Assembly: GCA_030704615.1 (NCBI GenBank)
Contig: CM060731.1
Coordinates: forward strand, 45,260,001 to 45,324,000
Direction: 5' to 3'
Length of the DNA stretch: 64,000 bases
Origin: Takakia lepidozioides
Lineage: Eukaryota > Plantae > Bryophyta
A program made the position numbers and the translations under genes. A model generated the notes under the pieces. That model was not told the origin of the DNA. It did no database searches and worked only from the letters and a program-made list of their open reading frames with translations. This document shows positions 26,081-38,340 of the stretch, in pieces (positions within the stretch are counted from its first letter, which is position 1; every line of letters begins with the position of its first letter).

Positions 26081-27300
26081 CTACTCAGTCAATGACAAGG
26101 CCTCATCATGCCCCATCATCTCATCCTTGAGGACCTCCTCATCCCGAGAAGAATCCCCAATCTCATCCATCACAGCCGCCTTGGCTGCCAACTCCCTCTG
26201 AACCTCGAGCACCTCCCACGTGTGCCATGGATGTCTACACCCCGTGGTCCTCACCGACTCGCCCCCACTCACTGCCTGGACCGTCTCGGTAGGCAGAGAG
26301 ACCGTCAAGGGAAGTGCACTCCGCACTCTACGTTGCTCAGTCATAGCCAAGCTGATAATCCAGGTCAAGCAATTGAGATCCATCGCTTGCCCCCAACACC
26401 TGACGACGTGATGCCTCAGAAAGAGAAGGCACCGTCGTGGTCCCAGTGGAAAAACCCATAGCCCGCTCTCGCTCGTTGGATTAGGCTCCACTGACTGCTG
26501 CAACTGAGCATCCCACATGAGGCCACTATCCCAAAAAGCATGTGATCCTGGGAAGCTGAGCAGTGTAGGTAGTGCTGCTCGTGGTCGACCCACCTTGTTG
26601 ACCACTGCCAAAGGCGGATGGTCATCGTGTCTCACACCCTGAGACTGCCACCCTGTGTCCAAAATGCCATCCACTGTGAGGTGTGCTGGCCGTTGCACCC
26701 CATCAAATGCACGCTTGAGCAGTGCGGGTGGCATCAAGTTAGTCCACCATAACCGTGGACGATGAGCCCGTGACCCCACTGCAGCTACATCCAGCAACAC
26801 TGTTGATCCAAGCCACGACCGGACTTGATGCACACTGGCCATCACCCTGGCCCGAGAATCGCCCATCAATGGCACATTCTCTAAGATGTATGCTGGAGAT
26901 ACAGCTTGATGAAGCTGTAAGTGGCGCAAAACCCGCACCATCTCCCAAAAGAGTCCTGACCTTGAGTCTCGCAATCCATTGCCATGCCTGGCTGATGAAT
27001 GCCCTTGGCAGGGCCAACCTACCACTACCAAATCAATGGAGCCAACCCGCTCCAAATCCTGCGCCCCCAACAAAGAGATGTCTGCTGGCAAGGCCTGTTG
27101 ATATCCACGAACTGCAGACACCGGCAACAACTTAGGGTACTGTTGCACCAACTGAGCAACATGGCGTAGGGAGACGCATCGTGCAGTCTCATCCCTCTCC
27201 ACATACAAGTAACGCCAAACTTGTACAGCTGCTTGTAGAACAACAGCCAATCCGGTGCTGATCCCGCCAAAAAAATCCAAAAGGCAAATGCCTTCATCCG
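26081..27300 (-). pseudogene. DNA cytosine-5 methyltransferase domain, DNMT3-like, within the retrotransposon polyprotein
   Basis: Motif I LLDFFGGIS, motif II YVE, motif IV DLVVVGWPCQGHS (catalytic PC), motif VI YILENV, motif VIII AHRPRLWWTN; motifs IX/X (ERERAMGF...RRQVLGQAMD) frameshifted here but in frame in the 13969-14562 copy. Confidence 0.92.
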
Positions 27301-27689
27301 GACACTGTCACACGATCGGTATGGTGTCCAATGGTGACAAGTGAGGTGGTCCTGGTACAATCCCCGCACTGTCCTCTTCTCCTGATGGTACAAAAGCCTC
27401 TACCTAGGCTTGTTGCACATGACAATCAGCGACCCGCTGCAAATCCTTGCTCGAGCCCCACAATGGAGTGTGAGCAACCATGGCAGACAACTTTGCCATA
27501 CCATACATGTCATCATGCTCTCCCGGAGGTGTCACATCCTCTGAATGAGCATTGCCCTCAAGCAACTCTCTAGGCCAACTCACTGCAGCTGTGAATGCTG
27601 CCAGTGTCGGCATCTTGCCTCGCTGGGCAACCGCAACTCCTCCTATGAACGTCACATGGAGCTGCACACGTCGGCTCTCCCCTGACTAC

Positions 27690-28141
27690 CATCCAGGCCT
27701 ATAGGAAGCTGACTCCTCTCAAAAATCCAGGGTGAAGCCCATGGAGTACAACACTGCCCCACCAACAAGGACATCGTACGAGACCGCGTCTGTCACAATG
27801 GCCTTGGCTCTCATCACTGAGCCATCTGTAGGATGATCTGGCTGTAGTCTGATAGCCAACTCACGTCGTGTCATGCCCCGAGCCTGCTCTTATTCTCCCA
27901 GAGATGTCTGTATCTGGAAAGGGCACGGCTCCATATCCGCCTTCGTGAGGCCCAAGCCTGCAATAGAAGCTCTGCCCAGCATCAATGGCTGAGCTCCCGA
28001 GTCCAACAAGACTCGCAGTGGCCGGTACCTCTTGCCTGCCGGTCCACTCAAACAGAAAATGTAATCCTGGTTGTCTAACATGACAACTCCAGGTGTCACC
28101 ATGGCGCGTTCAATGGCTGGCCCAGCTGGCAGCTCCATCAA
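27690..28141 (-). pseudogene. Retroviral-type aspartic protease
   Basis: RVLLDSGAQPLMLG and downstream YDVLVGG. Confidence 0.85.
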
Positions 28142-28872
28142 CCTGGCAGCTGCAGCTTATCATGGCGCCGCCGTGGCAGTCTTGACCCTCACACTCGAGG
28201 ATCCCTCCGGCACTACACCTCCCACTATCTCCGCAGAAGATGAAGTAACCTCCCCACTCTCACAAAGTGTAGCTGCTAGCCTAAACACCTTAGCTGGTCT
28301 TACCCCCGGCGTCGCAATTAGGGTAGCCGAGAACAATGGAGCCTGGCACACAGTTGTGGCCGCCCCCAGCAGCATACTAGCTGCCGTAGCCTTGGCAATA
28401 CTAGGTAGTGGTGCTGCCCGTGTAGCTCTCCCCGATGGCATAGTAACCTCTGCCTCGGTAACAGTCGTGCAAGAACTAGGTGCCATGGATGGTGTCGACA
28501 CTATCTCCGCCAATGTAAATGACTGAGGAAGCCTGGCCTGACGGCTTGCCTCCCCACGTTGTGGATCCAACTCCACCTCCGCACCCCGTGGCTCAGGAAC
28601 TCGTGCCGCTCCTCGAGTCACTACCGCAGTTGACTCCACTTGCACTAGTGGTAGTGCTGCCCCGCTCATAGTGGTAGTGGTAGTGGCACCCCTCACTAGT
28701 GGTAGTGGGGCCCCCACCATAGTGGTAGTGGTAGTGGCACCCCTCACTAGTGGTAGTGCTCCACACATGAATCCCATGCCTCCTAAGTCTCATCCCTCAT
28801 GAGCAGGAGGTGGACCATCCGGCCTTGGAGCCGGTACCACTTGAGCTGTGGCCATGGCAGTGAGTCTCTGTT

Positions 28873-30306
28873 CTAGCTGCTGAAGCCGGTTGGCCATGCC
28901 TTGGTCACCACCCTGACCTCCACGTCCTTGGCCATGTTGAGCTTGCCCTTGGCCTGCACCTCGTGCCTAGCCAACTCGTCCTCTCTGGGCTGCTCCACCT
29001 TACCCCCGGCCACCATTGTTCCCTTGGAACTGGCCTGGGTGCAAGGGTGCAAACCATAGCACTGGGCCTCTCCATGCCCGTACTTGCCACAATGCCCACA
29101 CTGCAACTGTGTAGGCTGTGCCTGTGCCAAACCATTGCCTCCCTCTGGGCAATCCTTCTTGACATGGGGTCCTCCACATGTCCAGCACACCACATCCGCC
29201 CATTGTTGGCTAGCAAATGAAGGGAGAGACCCCTGCATCTGAGGTCCTTTCTGCCCTTCCCTGGGCTTCACCTAAGCCCCCTTGTTGCCTTGAGCACGTT
29301 GAGGTAGTGGCTCGCTAGGAGCATCACTACCCCGTGGTGCCTCCTTGCAAATCCCACCATGACCACTCGTTCCTCCACCATGTTGAGCTCTATCCGCTCT
29401 GCCAGCAAAAACACATTTGTCAAGGTAGATTGGGCCGCTTGTAGGAGAATTGCATCCCGCACCCTTCTCCTCAGCTCCTTGTCCGATATCCCATACCAGA
29501 ACTGGACTGCCTGAGCCTCAGTAACCCCTTGGGTTACATTAATCAAGCGCCTCATGCGAGTGAAAGCCTCCCTCAAGCTCTCAGTAGGCTTCCGTTGGAA
29601 CTCTTGCAAGCTCCTCAACTTCTTTGTCCTCACCCCTTGGTAGTTCCTTCTCAACTCTTCGAAGAACTCCACAACAGGGTTGAACGAAGGCACCGCCACT
29701 GGTGCTGGTGCAGCAGTAGCTTGGGTGGATGTCGTAGTTGTTGTACCACTAGTCCCACTACTGCTCATGGAAGCTGCTGTTGTATTGTTGCTGCTGGTGC
29801 AGCTGCCGGTGTGGTTGCTGCCCTTGTGCCTCTAGTGCCTCTAGTGATGGAGACATAGTCGGGTGACCAGTACACCTCCACTCCTCGATCTCAACATCGT
29901 GCCCCCGCCTAAACTCATGGTAATCATTCATGGGCGGCCCCTCAAGGTGCTGAAACAGCCCCTTCCATGCCATGAAAGGCGTAAACAGTTGTGGATTGCG
30001 CATTTGCTGCAAGTCACACCAACTATCAAACTCTTGGATAAAGTCATCCAACTCAATGGTGCCCACCGCCCCACAGTACCTTCGTGGCCCCTTGGTGGCT
30101 CCATACATCTCCTCCATTGTGTCCCACAACAATGGCAAGGAAACTACTTGCACCGCCTGTGTGAGTCCTCCTGATTCACAATCCGAATCAGAACCTTCCG
30201 TAGAAGACACATGAGGTGAAAGTGGCCTAAACCGCATACCTCGTCTCGTATACCCGCTAGTATCGTTAGTGCTCATACCGGCACTTTCCCCAGCAACGAG
30301 TGGCAC
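28873..30306 (-). pseudogene. Gag with two CCHC zinc knuckles (frameshifted)
   Basis: LDDFIQEFDSWCD, FQRKPTESLREAFTRM, CWTCGGPHVKKDC, CGHCGKYGHGEAQC. Confidence 0.85.
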
Positions 30307-31312
30307 CTCCGTGTTGACAAACTGATACTCAGCCGGTCATGAACATGTCCCTAACCCCCTCTCCATAAGGTAACCGGGTAGAGAACCTGATGCGGCTTAT
30401 GGTTTGGAATACTAGGTTCCTAACATAGCTTGCACCTGCACCTGCATCCACCGCAGGCACTCCTATGGTTGGCTGGTCTTCACCTCCAACCTCACCACAG
30501 GAGAAACAAAGATGGTCTGACTGGTCATCAACCCAGCCTCACCATCGACAGCATGCTCTAGGGTTGGATAGGCGATCAAGCCCGAGTCAACCACCTATAA
30601 AATCAAGCGCCCACACAAAACTAGCATGGCGCACAATCAAACATGCAGGTGTGGATCCAAACACAAGAATGAAAACAACAACTCCCCCACACCAAAAATC
30701 TCTCCATAGTGTCGCTCCGGCAAGGATACCCCAGCCCAAACCCGGACTGACTCTTGCCTCCACCTACGGAAAGGTCTCGGCCTACAGAGAAGGTGAAAAG
30801 CTACGAGGAAGGGAAACTAAAGCAATGCCTATCCCCAACACGCTCTCATCCCAACACCCTCTTTTTTCCTCTCTTCTCTCATTTACATGACCATGAGAGC
30901 ATCCTGTAGACACTCCTCAAACCGCCCTCCAAGAGCTCATGAAACTTGGCCTCCAAGGCCCCATGCAAGCCTCCACAGGGTCCGCTAGTGCCTCCTTACG
31001 TCTACCAGCCATTCCTCAGAATGGAACCACCTCAGGAAACCACACCATTCACTGAAGGTTCAAAAATGGAGCAAATAGAGGTACATATAGGCCCCAACAA
31101 CATTATGTCCAAAGGAATTACCTGCAGGCTGGTCTCCCCCATAGTTAAGAACTGGGCTGAAAACCCGAAAAAATTACCTGCAGGGAAGTAATCCCCTTTG
31201 TTAAAACGCAACAGGGAGGCAATTCCGACTTTTCTGCCGGATCAGCTAGCTCAAAAGCGTTGTTCTTCAGAGCCCAGCCTCCCCATCAAGGTCCCACGAA
31301 ACGAGTGAAAAA

Positions 31313-31314
<2 letters not shown>

Positions 31315-31359
<45 letters not shown>
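31315..31359. repeat. 45-nt poly(T) tract in the element leader
   Basis: Direct reading. Confidence 0.95.
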
Positions 31360-32911
31360 CACTCTGCCTGGTCGCGGCCTTCCATGGCTCCAACCGCCAC
31401 TACTCCTCATGGCCCGCCCTAGGCACTCGATGGCCACGGGCTGCCCAGTGATACCCCGTGGTACCACTCCCACGAGCCTTCACGGCCCGCCTTCCCCACG
31501 ATCTGGTCACCGTGCCCACCCGTTGTGTCCGCACCACGACTTCCAACGGTCACGGTCAACCATCACGACCTGGGCTCGTGGTATCTCGATACCGCCCCAA
31601 TGGCCCATCACGGCCACTGTTCTCTGTGTTCCCTGGAACTCCCAACGAGTTCCCATGCGTTCCCGAGGCGTTTTCGAGGCGTTCCCAAGCTCTCCCCGAG
31701 CTGGGGTTTGCTCCTACACCTGCTACCGACGAGCTATGGCTTCTGCGAAGCCACCAGACTTGTTGCCATGCTCTCTTGGTCTCTCACAACCCACCAGAGG
31801 TACCCTAAACTCAACAAATAAGCAATATGCTGCCCAACAGGCTCCATTTTTTCATGAAGCTCACAAAAAACGAATCTAAAAATACACACCTTTACAAACT
31901 TGGTGCACCTGCACTTCTCATGCATATCCCCTGGCTCTAGGGCGCCTCATTGCTGCCCTTCCTGCCCCACTCTTGCCACTCTAAGAGCCCTTACACTGCT
32001 GAGTTTCAGATTGAAACTCCAACTCAGCACATGTTTCACAAGTGCACTGATTTGCATACAAGAGGGACCAGCCCCCTCTCTTCACTCATACCTCTTTATG
32101 AGCTTAGAGCTGAAGCTCCCAACGGGCTGCGATGCATCCCCTCGCACCTCCACCATTTGACTGCTCCTCGTCTATCCGCAACAACTAGTTTCGGGCAGAA
32201 GTACCTGGAGATGATCATATCATCTCCAACCTGCAACATGCTAGCTTCCCATGCGCAGCCCAAATTTCTGCAGCTCTTTAACTCGCCCTGCAGCTGAAGA
32301 AGACGACCACCAGTTCGCCCACTCGTGGCTAGCATCTCCTTCGTTTCACACTAGAAGCCCAAACTTGGTTGTCATAGCGTTGAGCTATGCAACGCCGCTC
32401 TTCAACATAGGCTACCCGCCTCTCTATCCATTGCAAAACCTGCAACCTGTTCGCCTTTGTACTCTATCCGCTTTGGATAGGCTCATGCACGGATCCTTGC
32501 ACTGCAGGCTGAACCGTTTCTCATGATCTGAAAACACAAGTGCTACAACTAACTCGAACCTGGCACTCACAGACTCGAGCTGATCTTTCTCGAGTGATAA
32601 GGAAAGGAATGATACAAGCACACAAGCTCTCTCAAACTCACATACTTGCACATGAAAACATCACTCATATATTAAGCCGAGTCAAGTGCACCCCACGCCA
32701 TGGGAAATCCACACTACGGCGCCATAGTTAGACGCGGTGAGGCTCAACTCGAGAAAGATGAGCCCACCGCGATCTGCCGTGAAGATAACAATGTCAGGTG
32801 CCCAAACATGTATTGGTCCCTGGATTGACACTTGGGTCAATCCCAAATATCAATATATAAAAGTTAGCTATTTTCTAGCTAACTTCACATTAGTGGTAAA
32901 ATAACTTGACA

Positions 32912-33598
32912 TTTCGTTCAGCCATATTGTTGAAAACTGCCTTGCATCCTTAATGCACCCACATTTGGCGTATATGTGCACCAGAGCAGTGTTCAGAATG
33001 ACATCTGGTACAATTCCAGCTTTGACGATGTCATCATGAACCTCTTTCCCCTTTTCCAGGCTTGCACACATATTGCAAACACAAACAAACGTGATGTGGA
33101 TGGGCTTCACCTCTCGTGTGCACCTGCTTTCCAGCTTCAAGGCCTTTCATCTTGATGCACTTATGCAAGAGACAGACATACATATCTGAATCTGCTGAAA
33201 TTCCTCCTTGGTTTAAAGTCTGTAGAGCCTCTTTTAGTCTGTCTGCCTCACAAAACATCTTCACATGCCCAGAAGTGCCAGAAGAGGCATTGTGGACTCC
33301 CTCCCTTGATCCTCTTCCAGAAGTTGTGGTCAGGGTTGAGGTGCCTGATTTTATCAACTGTGCCGTCAACTGCTGCCTTTAATTGACCATCTACGCATGC
33401 AGGTTTCTTGTAGCTATTGATCCACAGGAAATCATACGTAATATTATGCTTGAAATCTGGCCCTCTTCGATATCTGGACCCACGCTTTATCCCTTTTCCT
33501 TCAGCTATCCATGCCTCTGCACAAATCATACATTCATCTTTGCCCTTGCTGCTAGCAGCTGACAATGACAGCCTAGATTTGTTCTCGGAAACACCCAA
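32912..33598 (-). pseudogene. 5' part of the PPR-DYW pseudogene
   Basis: MFCEADRLKEALQTLNQGGISADSDMYVCLLHKCIKMKGLEAGKQVH; PDVILNTALVHIYAKCGCIKDARQ; rejoins 22689 across the insertion. Confidence 0.85.
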
Positions 33599-33624
33599 TC
33601 ACACTAGTTCATATGCTGAATTGT

Positions 33625-34473
33625 CACTACAACAGATCGCGGTATTTATGACTGTATATATGACTATTCTGCAGTCGTAAACGGTACATGTGATTTCTAT
33701 GACTGTAAGTTATGCAAACCAAGTGAATACAATGAGTACATGATGGTATGGTCCGGATGACTACAGTCAGATAAACCAAGTGATATTTCTCACTGCAGTC
33801 ATATATACCATACTGTAGTCGCCTATGCCGCGCCACGTGGCGAGGCGTAATTGATTTAAAAAATAAAAATAAATTTTTTTTTTCAATAAAATAAAATAAA
33901 ATGTCAGACGCCGCATCGTACAGCGTTGTGCCACGTGGCATAATGCATTTTATAATAATGAAAAAAACCACATGGCAGCCCATCTAAGGTGTCACGTGCT
34001 ATCCCTAGCTCGCATACTAACCCTAGAGCCATCTTATCCATTTGATTGTACTTAAAGGGGTTTGAACCTCCAACCTCTTTACTATAAGAGTTATAGTTCA
34101 CTACTTGCTAACCAATACACCCATTAGTCATTCATGTGAGCATACGGTGTTTTAATTGTATTATACACATCAAATTACAAAATCCCCAGTAGTCATCGTG
34201 ACTATATAACCTCATCCATGTACACTGTAGTCATAGAAATGACTATCAGTGATGAGCTAGCTCTGGTCAATTGCCGTTGACCAACCTTCCGCCCATTCCG
34301 GAGTCATGTAGTCATACAGACAACTACTTAGATAGTCGTTTATATGACTACAGTCGTATGAACGACTTCGCGAGGTCAATTTCATATAAAAACATGGTGT
34401 AGTCATGGTAAAAGTCAAGAAAACCATGACTACCACGGTTTGGCAGTCATAATTACCGCGATCTGTTGTAGTG
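33625..34473. mobile_element. Non-autonomous CACTA element (849 bp)
   Basis: ~30-bp TIRs CACTAcaacagatcgcggta(t/a)ttatgactg; 3-bp flanks tgt/tgc; many atgacta/tagtcat subterminal repeats. Confidence 0.92.
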
Positions 34474-34527
34474 TGCGTCTGCTACTCTCTGTTATCTAGC
34501 AGACGTTCAACGTTTCTGTAATCCCAC

Positions 34528-35040
34528 CATTGATTGGGGGCAGAGAAGTATTCATTCCACACCCTCTCCTCATCTTTGTTACCTGTTTTTGGATACTTTC
34601 ATGTTATCGCATTGGCAGTATCATGTCAAAGTCACTCCAAACTAGATTCAGTCAACTAGCTAACTTGCAGAAACATGGAAATTTAGGACTGACGGCATGA
34701 AGTTCTTCCAGCAGACATCCCAACCCTACTTATTACAGTAGTTCCAATTCTGAATTTCATCTACTTCTCTCTGTAGTCCAACAGGTATTCACCTTTTTGT
34801 CTCCATTGTCCCACCAGTGACTCGGGTCGGAAAAGTGTTCATTCCAAAGCTTCTCCTCATCTCTGTTATCTGTTTTTGGATACTATCCTACTGCCACATC
34901 GGCAGTCACTTGTCAAAGTCACTCCAAACCACCATAGATCCACCCAACGAGTCAACTTACAGAATTCAATATGCATCTTAGGGCCGAGTCTGATGAGAGG
35001 GCAAAACAGGCTGAAATAGGTTGAAGAAGAAGGTGCCCTC
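34528..35040. repeat. Two copies of a non-coding segment also found inside the PPR pseudogene (~21390-21650)
   Basis: agaagtattcattcca...cctcatct..gttacctgtttttggata...ggcagt.....tgtcaaagtca at ~21435, ~34543, ~34832. Confidence 0.75.
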
Positions 35041-35208
35041 ACCACATTGTCCTTCACCTTGTGACCCCTGGAGACCATCAACCCAAAAGGACCTCTTGTG
35101 TGTGCTGTCGGATTGGTCTGTGTGAACCACCACGGTGCAGCCAAGCAGGCAGAGATTGAAACATGGTCTGCTAAGACCAAGCTTACTCTCCCAAGAACCT
35201 TGTAAACA

Positions 35209-35570
35209 TCAGGAAGAATACCAAATCATGGTACTAACAGGAGCCAAGATCCCACATTTGTAGGATGGACAAACTTCTTCACATCGTACAGTTTCTAATG
35301 CCTCCATCCCACATCCATGCTGGGCAAACCCTACGACCATCAGATTCCAAGAGACCAATTTCACTAAGCCATACTGTCGAACATTGCCTTTGCATTCTTC
35401 ACACTTGGCATACATGTCCATCACAGTAGTGTCTAGAATGATAGTTGGCACAATTCCAGCTTTCAATGGCAGCATGGACCTCTCTGGAGCTTGTCTCTTG
35501 GATGAATCTGAACGTATTCATTCCAGAGCTTCTCCTCTCTCTATTATCTGTGAAAAGGTTATGCATCATG
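35209..35570 (-). pseudogene. Additional PPR motif fragment
   Basis: KAGIVPTIILDTTVMDMYAKC...VSWNLMVVGFAQHGCGMEALET. Confidence 0.75.
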
Positions 35571-35841
35571 TAGGATCTCCCTCTGAGATCGGTGTGTGAC
35601 ACCCCTCCGCACTCAACCACGTTGGGGCATCATCGTCGCTTCCCCGCGCTGCAAGACACGGTTATTTTCGGGCATTTCGGCAGTCCGGGTAGATGAAAAC
35701 AATTTGACGACCTACGAAATGTGGCGACGATGATGTGGTTACGATGACATGGCTACAAAACGTGGCGACGATGATGTGGCACTAAAGCACCATATATCTG
35801 CTCTACGCTAAATTAGCTCTCGACCTTCGGTCATCGCTAGA

Positions 35842-36001
35842 ACTAGGGCTTCGCGTTGCTCCGCACTACTAGCGACGAATTCTGATAACTACGTTCAGTT
35901 TTCACAAAAAAAGGTGGGTCATCCCCATGGTGTTACATACAAACATCCCGTATTTCATTGTTTTTCGGAAGAAGAATGGTGGAGTGTTGCCGAAGCTATC
36001 A
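35842..36001 (-). repeat. Dispersed repeat, possible Helitron terminus (copy of 18773-18940)
   Basis: Sequence match with shared CTAG boundary. Confidence 0.5.
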
Positions 36002-38340
36002 TGTTAGTGTCCGCATTTCATTGTTTGATGCAGCTACTTCTATCTATGCCCAAGAAGTGAAGAGGAGTTGAACCCTTTTTTCTCTATTTTTCCCTTCGTT
36101 TAGCATTTGTTTGGTCTGGATCGGAAGTCGATTGTTGATATCTTTTCCGTCGCTCATCATTTAGTTTCTCATTTTAGTTTTATTGTCTTGATAAAAATAA
36201 AAATAAATAATTGTCTTTGATATCGATAATCGTTTTCAATGTTTTACACAGTTTGTTCAAAGATTTACCAAACTACGGTTGTAATATGCTCAAGTTTATA
36301 ACGTTTCCCATTATAGTGATTATAATTCTCTTCCAAGAGGAGAGGGAGTTTGGCTCTTCAGACAACTTCAAACTGGGTAATTGGAAGTCCAGATTCATAA
36401 GTGCCAAGTTTACAAGGGATTGTTTATTGTTGATTACATCCTAGTGGCTTGCATGTTTTGAGAAGGAGAGGCTCAAAAAGACTTTTCTCAAGGAACTACA
36501 ACTCTCTTCAGCCTTTTTGCTTAAATACAGTGCAAGAACATCTTTTAATGCATTCCATAATTTCTTTGAAGGCCTTTACCACCAGAAGTCTGAAACAGTC
36601 TGCGAAAAGATCAGACCAAGGAGGGCCCATACATTGAAGAATATAATACTCTCCACTAGAGTGTCTCTCAATCTTTGAAAACCAGTTGTGTTCATGAGAA
36701 GATATGATGTCGCGCACCTCACTTCGGTAAGCTCCCCTTCAAGTCATAGTTACTCGCTTTGATGCGCGCGCCTAACTCCCAACCTGGCCGCCGGGCCAAC
36801 TCGGAGCTTCGGCTGCTCACCGGGACATAACGGTCCCCCTTTCTTCCCCCAACAGACCCTCCACCAATTTGGGCCTAGTGGAAATTCCCTTTGGTAGATG
36901 GCAGTCCGGAATAGCCCCCCATTCCTTGGTCGCTTTCCGGCTCGCTCGTTTACTCACTAGTTTTTGGTCACCAACGGGCTTGCACCGTTCTCGGGATTAC
37001 TACTCCTTATATATACTTTTGTGACTATCCACGGGGGTTTCACAAACAACCATGCCATTTTATGGTGAACCACCACGAAGACCCTTGATTCCCGGTGATG
37101 AGTCACGGTGAGTCTTGGCCCACCCACCACGGCCCCATTGGACCGTGGTGAGTCCCAAGACTCCCCACGACTCCCACCACAAGGTCTCCGCCCCATGGTG
37201 AGTCCTATGCCACCCCCACTAAGTCCCACTAAGCTACCACCACCCCTTGTGGAGCCACCCCCACCGCAACCCGGTGTGCGGGGCTCCACCTAGTGAGCGC
37301 CTCTGCCTCCTTGAGTGCCCAAGGCACTCAAGGGTGCTTCAGCCCCCCATACCTATTGTTGCCACCGCCCCCACCACAGGGGCAGCCCCTCTGCGTCCCG
37401 ACCCCCTGCCCTCAAGGCAAAGGGCCGCGACACACACCCCTATCAACAGGGAGTCGATGTCCTCATCGACTTGTCCATTTTGTAGAAACGAACATCCAAG
37501 TTGTGGCGTCCCACATCAAGGAGTTTGTTTCCGTACCATGGCGTCCCATGGCAGAGAACCAAACCCCCACTTGACTCTACTCTCTACTAGCTAGTTTGGC
37601 CGACTTTCTCCAAGTCCCGGCCAAGGGTGGAGCCTCTCAAGCTCCTCCCAGTGCACTCTTCTTGGCCCACTTCAAGGCCAAGGAACGATCCTCCCCGAGG
37701 ATCGAATCGCCTTACTGCAACAACCTTTGCTTGCGACCGCTCGTGATGCCACTTTTTGGCATCACCTTGAGCAAGGGTTCACCTTGAACCCTTTTTTACT
37801 AGGAAGATAACCTTGAACCAACCGTGCGCCCCAATCACTACAATTGGGTCCGCCTTGGAATGCTGGCCTGAGGTACGGGAACACGCCGAAGCCGCACTAT
37901 GACTTCGTCCCGAGGCTACACGATTATAATACGTGAATGGAGGCACGTAGCTTCTGCGTTAGCCCGCAGTACAAGGAAACCCCCTCGGTAGCGCAGTTAT
38001 AGTACGCGCACACGCCAGGTGCACACTAGCACGTGAACTCCCAAAGAAGGTGCAAGTTTCCTTGCCCCTTGGGTGGGAGTCACCCGATTTCGGCACTGCG
38101 CAAACACACGATTAACCCAATTTACCTCTCTCACTTTTGTAAGGTAGCATGCATTCTACACACTAGCCAACCATACCATGCATCACCATTCCAAACAAAA
38201 TAGGAAGCACAACATTTGGAAACCATTTCATTTATAACAAAATTTGTACAGTACAAGTTTTTTTGCAATCGGATTCCTGAGCTAGCTAAGCCGGGCTAAG
38301 CATGCATTTCCTCCCCCACGCTCCAAGGTTGATGTCCCCA

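Larger units (their letters stand above)
22690..32911 (-). mobile_element. Ty3/Gypsy LTR retrotransposon encoding a DNA cytosine methyltransferase and a PHD finger (10.2 kb, decayed)
   Basis: TGTC...GACA termini, 4-bp TSD tctc/tttc inside one PPR motif whose halves rejoin (cacatctc|gttcagccatattg); PPT next to 3' LTR; order gag-PR-MTase-RT-RH-INT-PHD. Confidence 0.88.

Noticed and set aside
26081-27280. Bacterial restriction-modification methylase or contamination
   Set aside because: Embedded colinearly in a Gypsy polyprotein, repeated in three family copies, no endonuclease, and surrounded by intron-containing plant genes.
26081-27280. Host DNMT3/DRM gene
   Set aside because: No introns or PWWP/UBA domains, motif order is not permuted as in DRM, and it is flanked by protease and RT.
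31260-31473. Poly-Lys / poly-Phe ORFs
   Set aside because: Artefacts of the poly(T) tract.
34050-34125. tRNA-like GGTTCAAACCC on minus inside the CACTA element
   Set aside because: Only a B-box; no acceptor stem, boundaries or TSD.
35582-35846. Small plus-strand Helitron (TC start, gaccttcggtc hairpin, CTAG)
   Set aside because: Short hairpin, no T after CTAG and no second copy to confirm.
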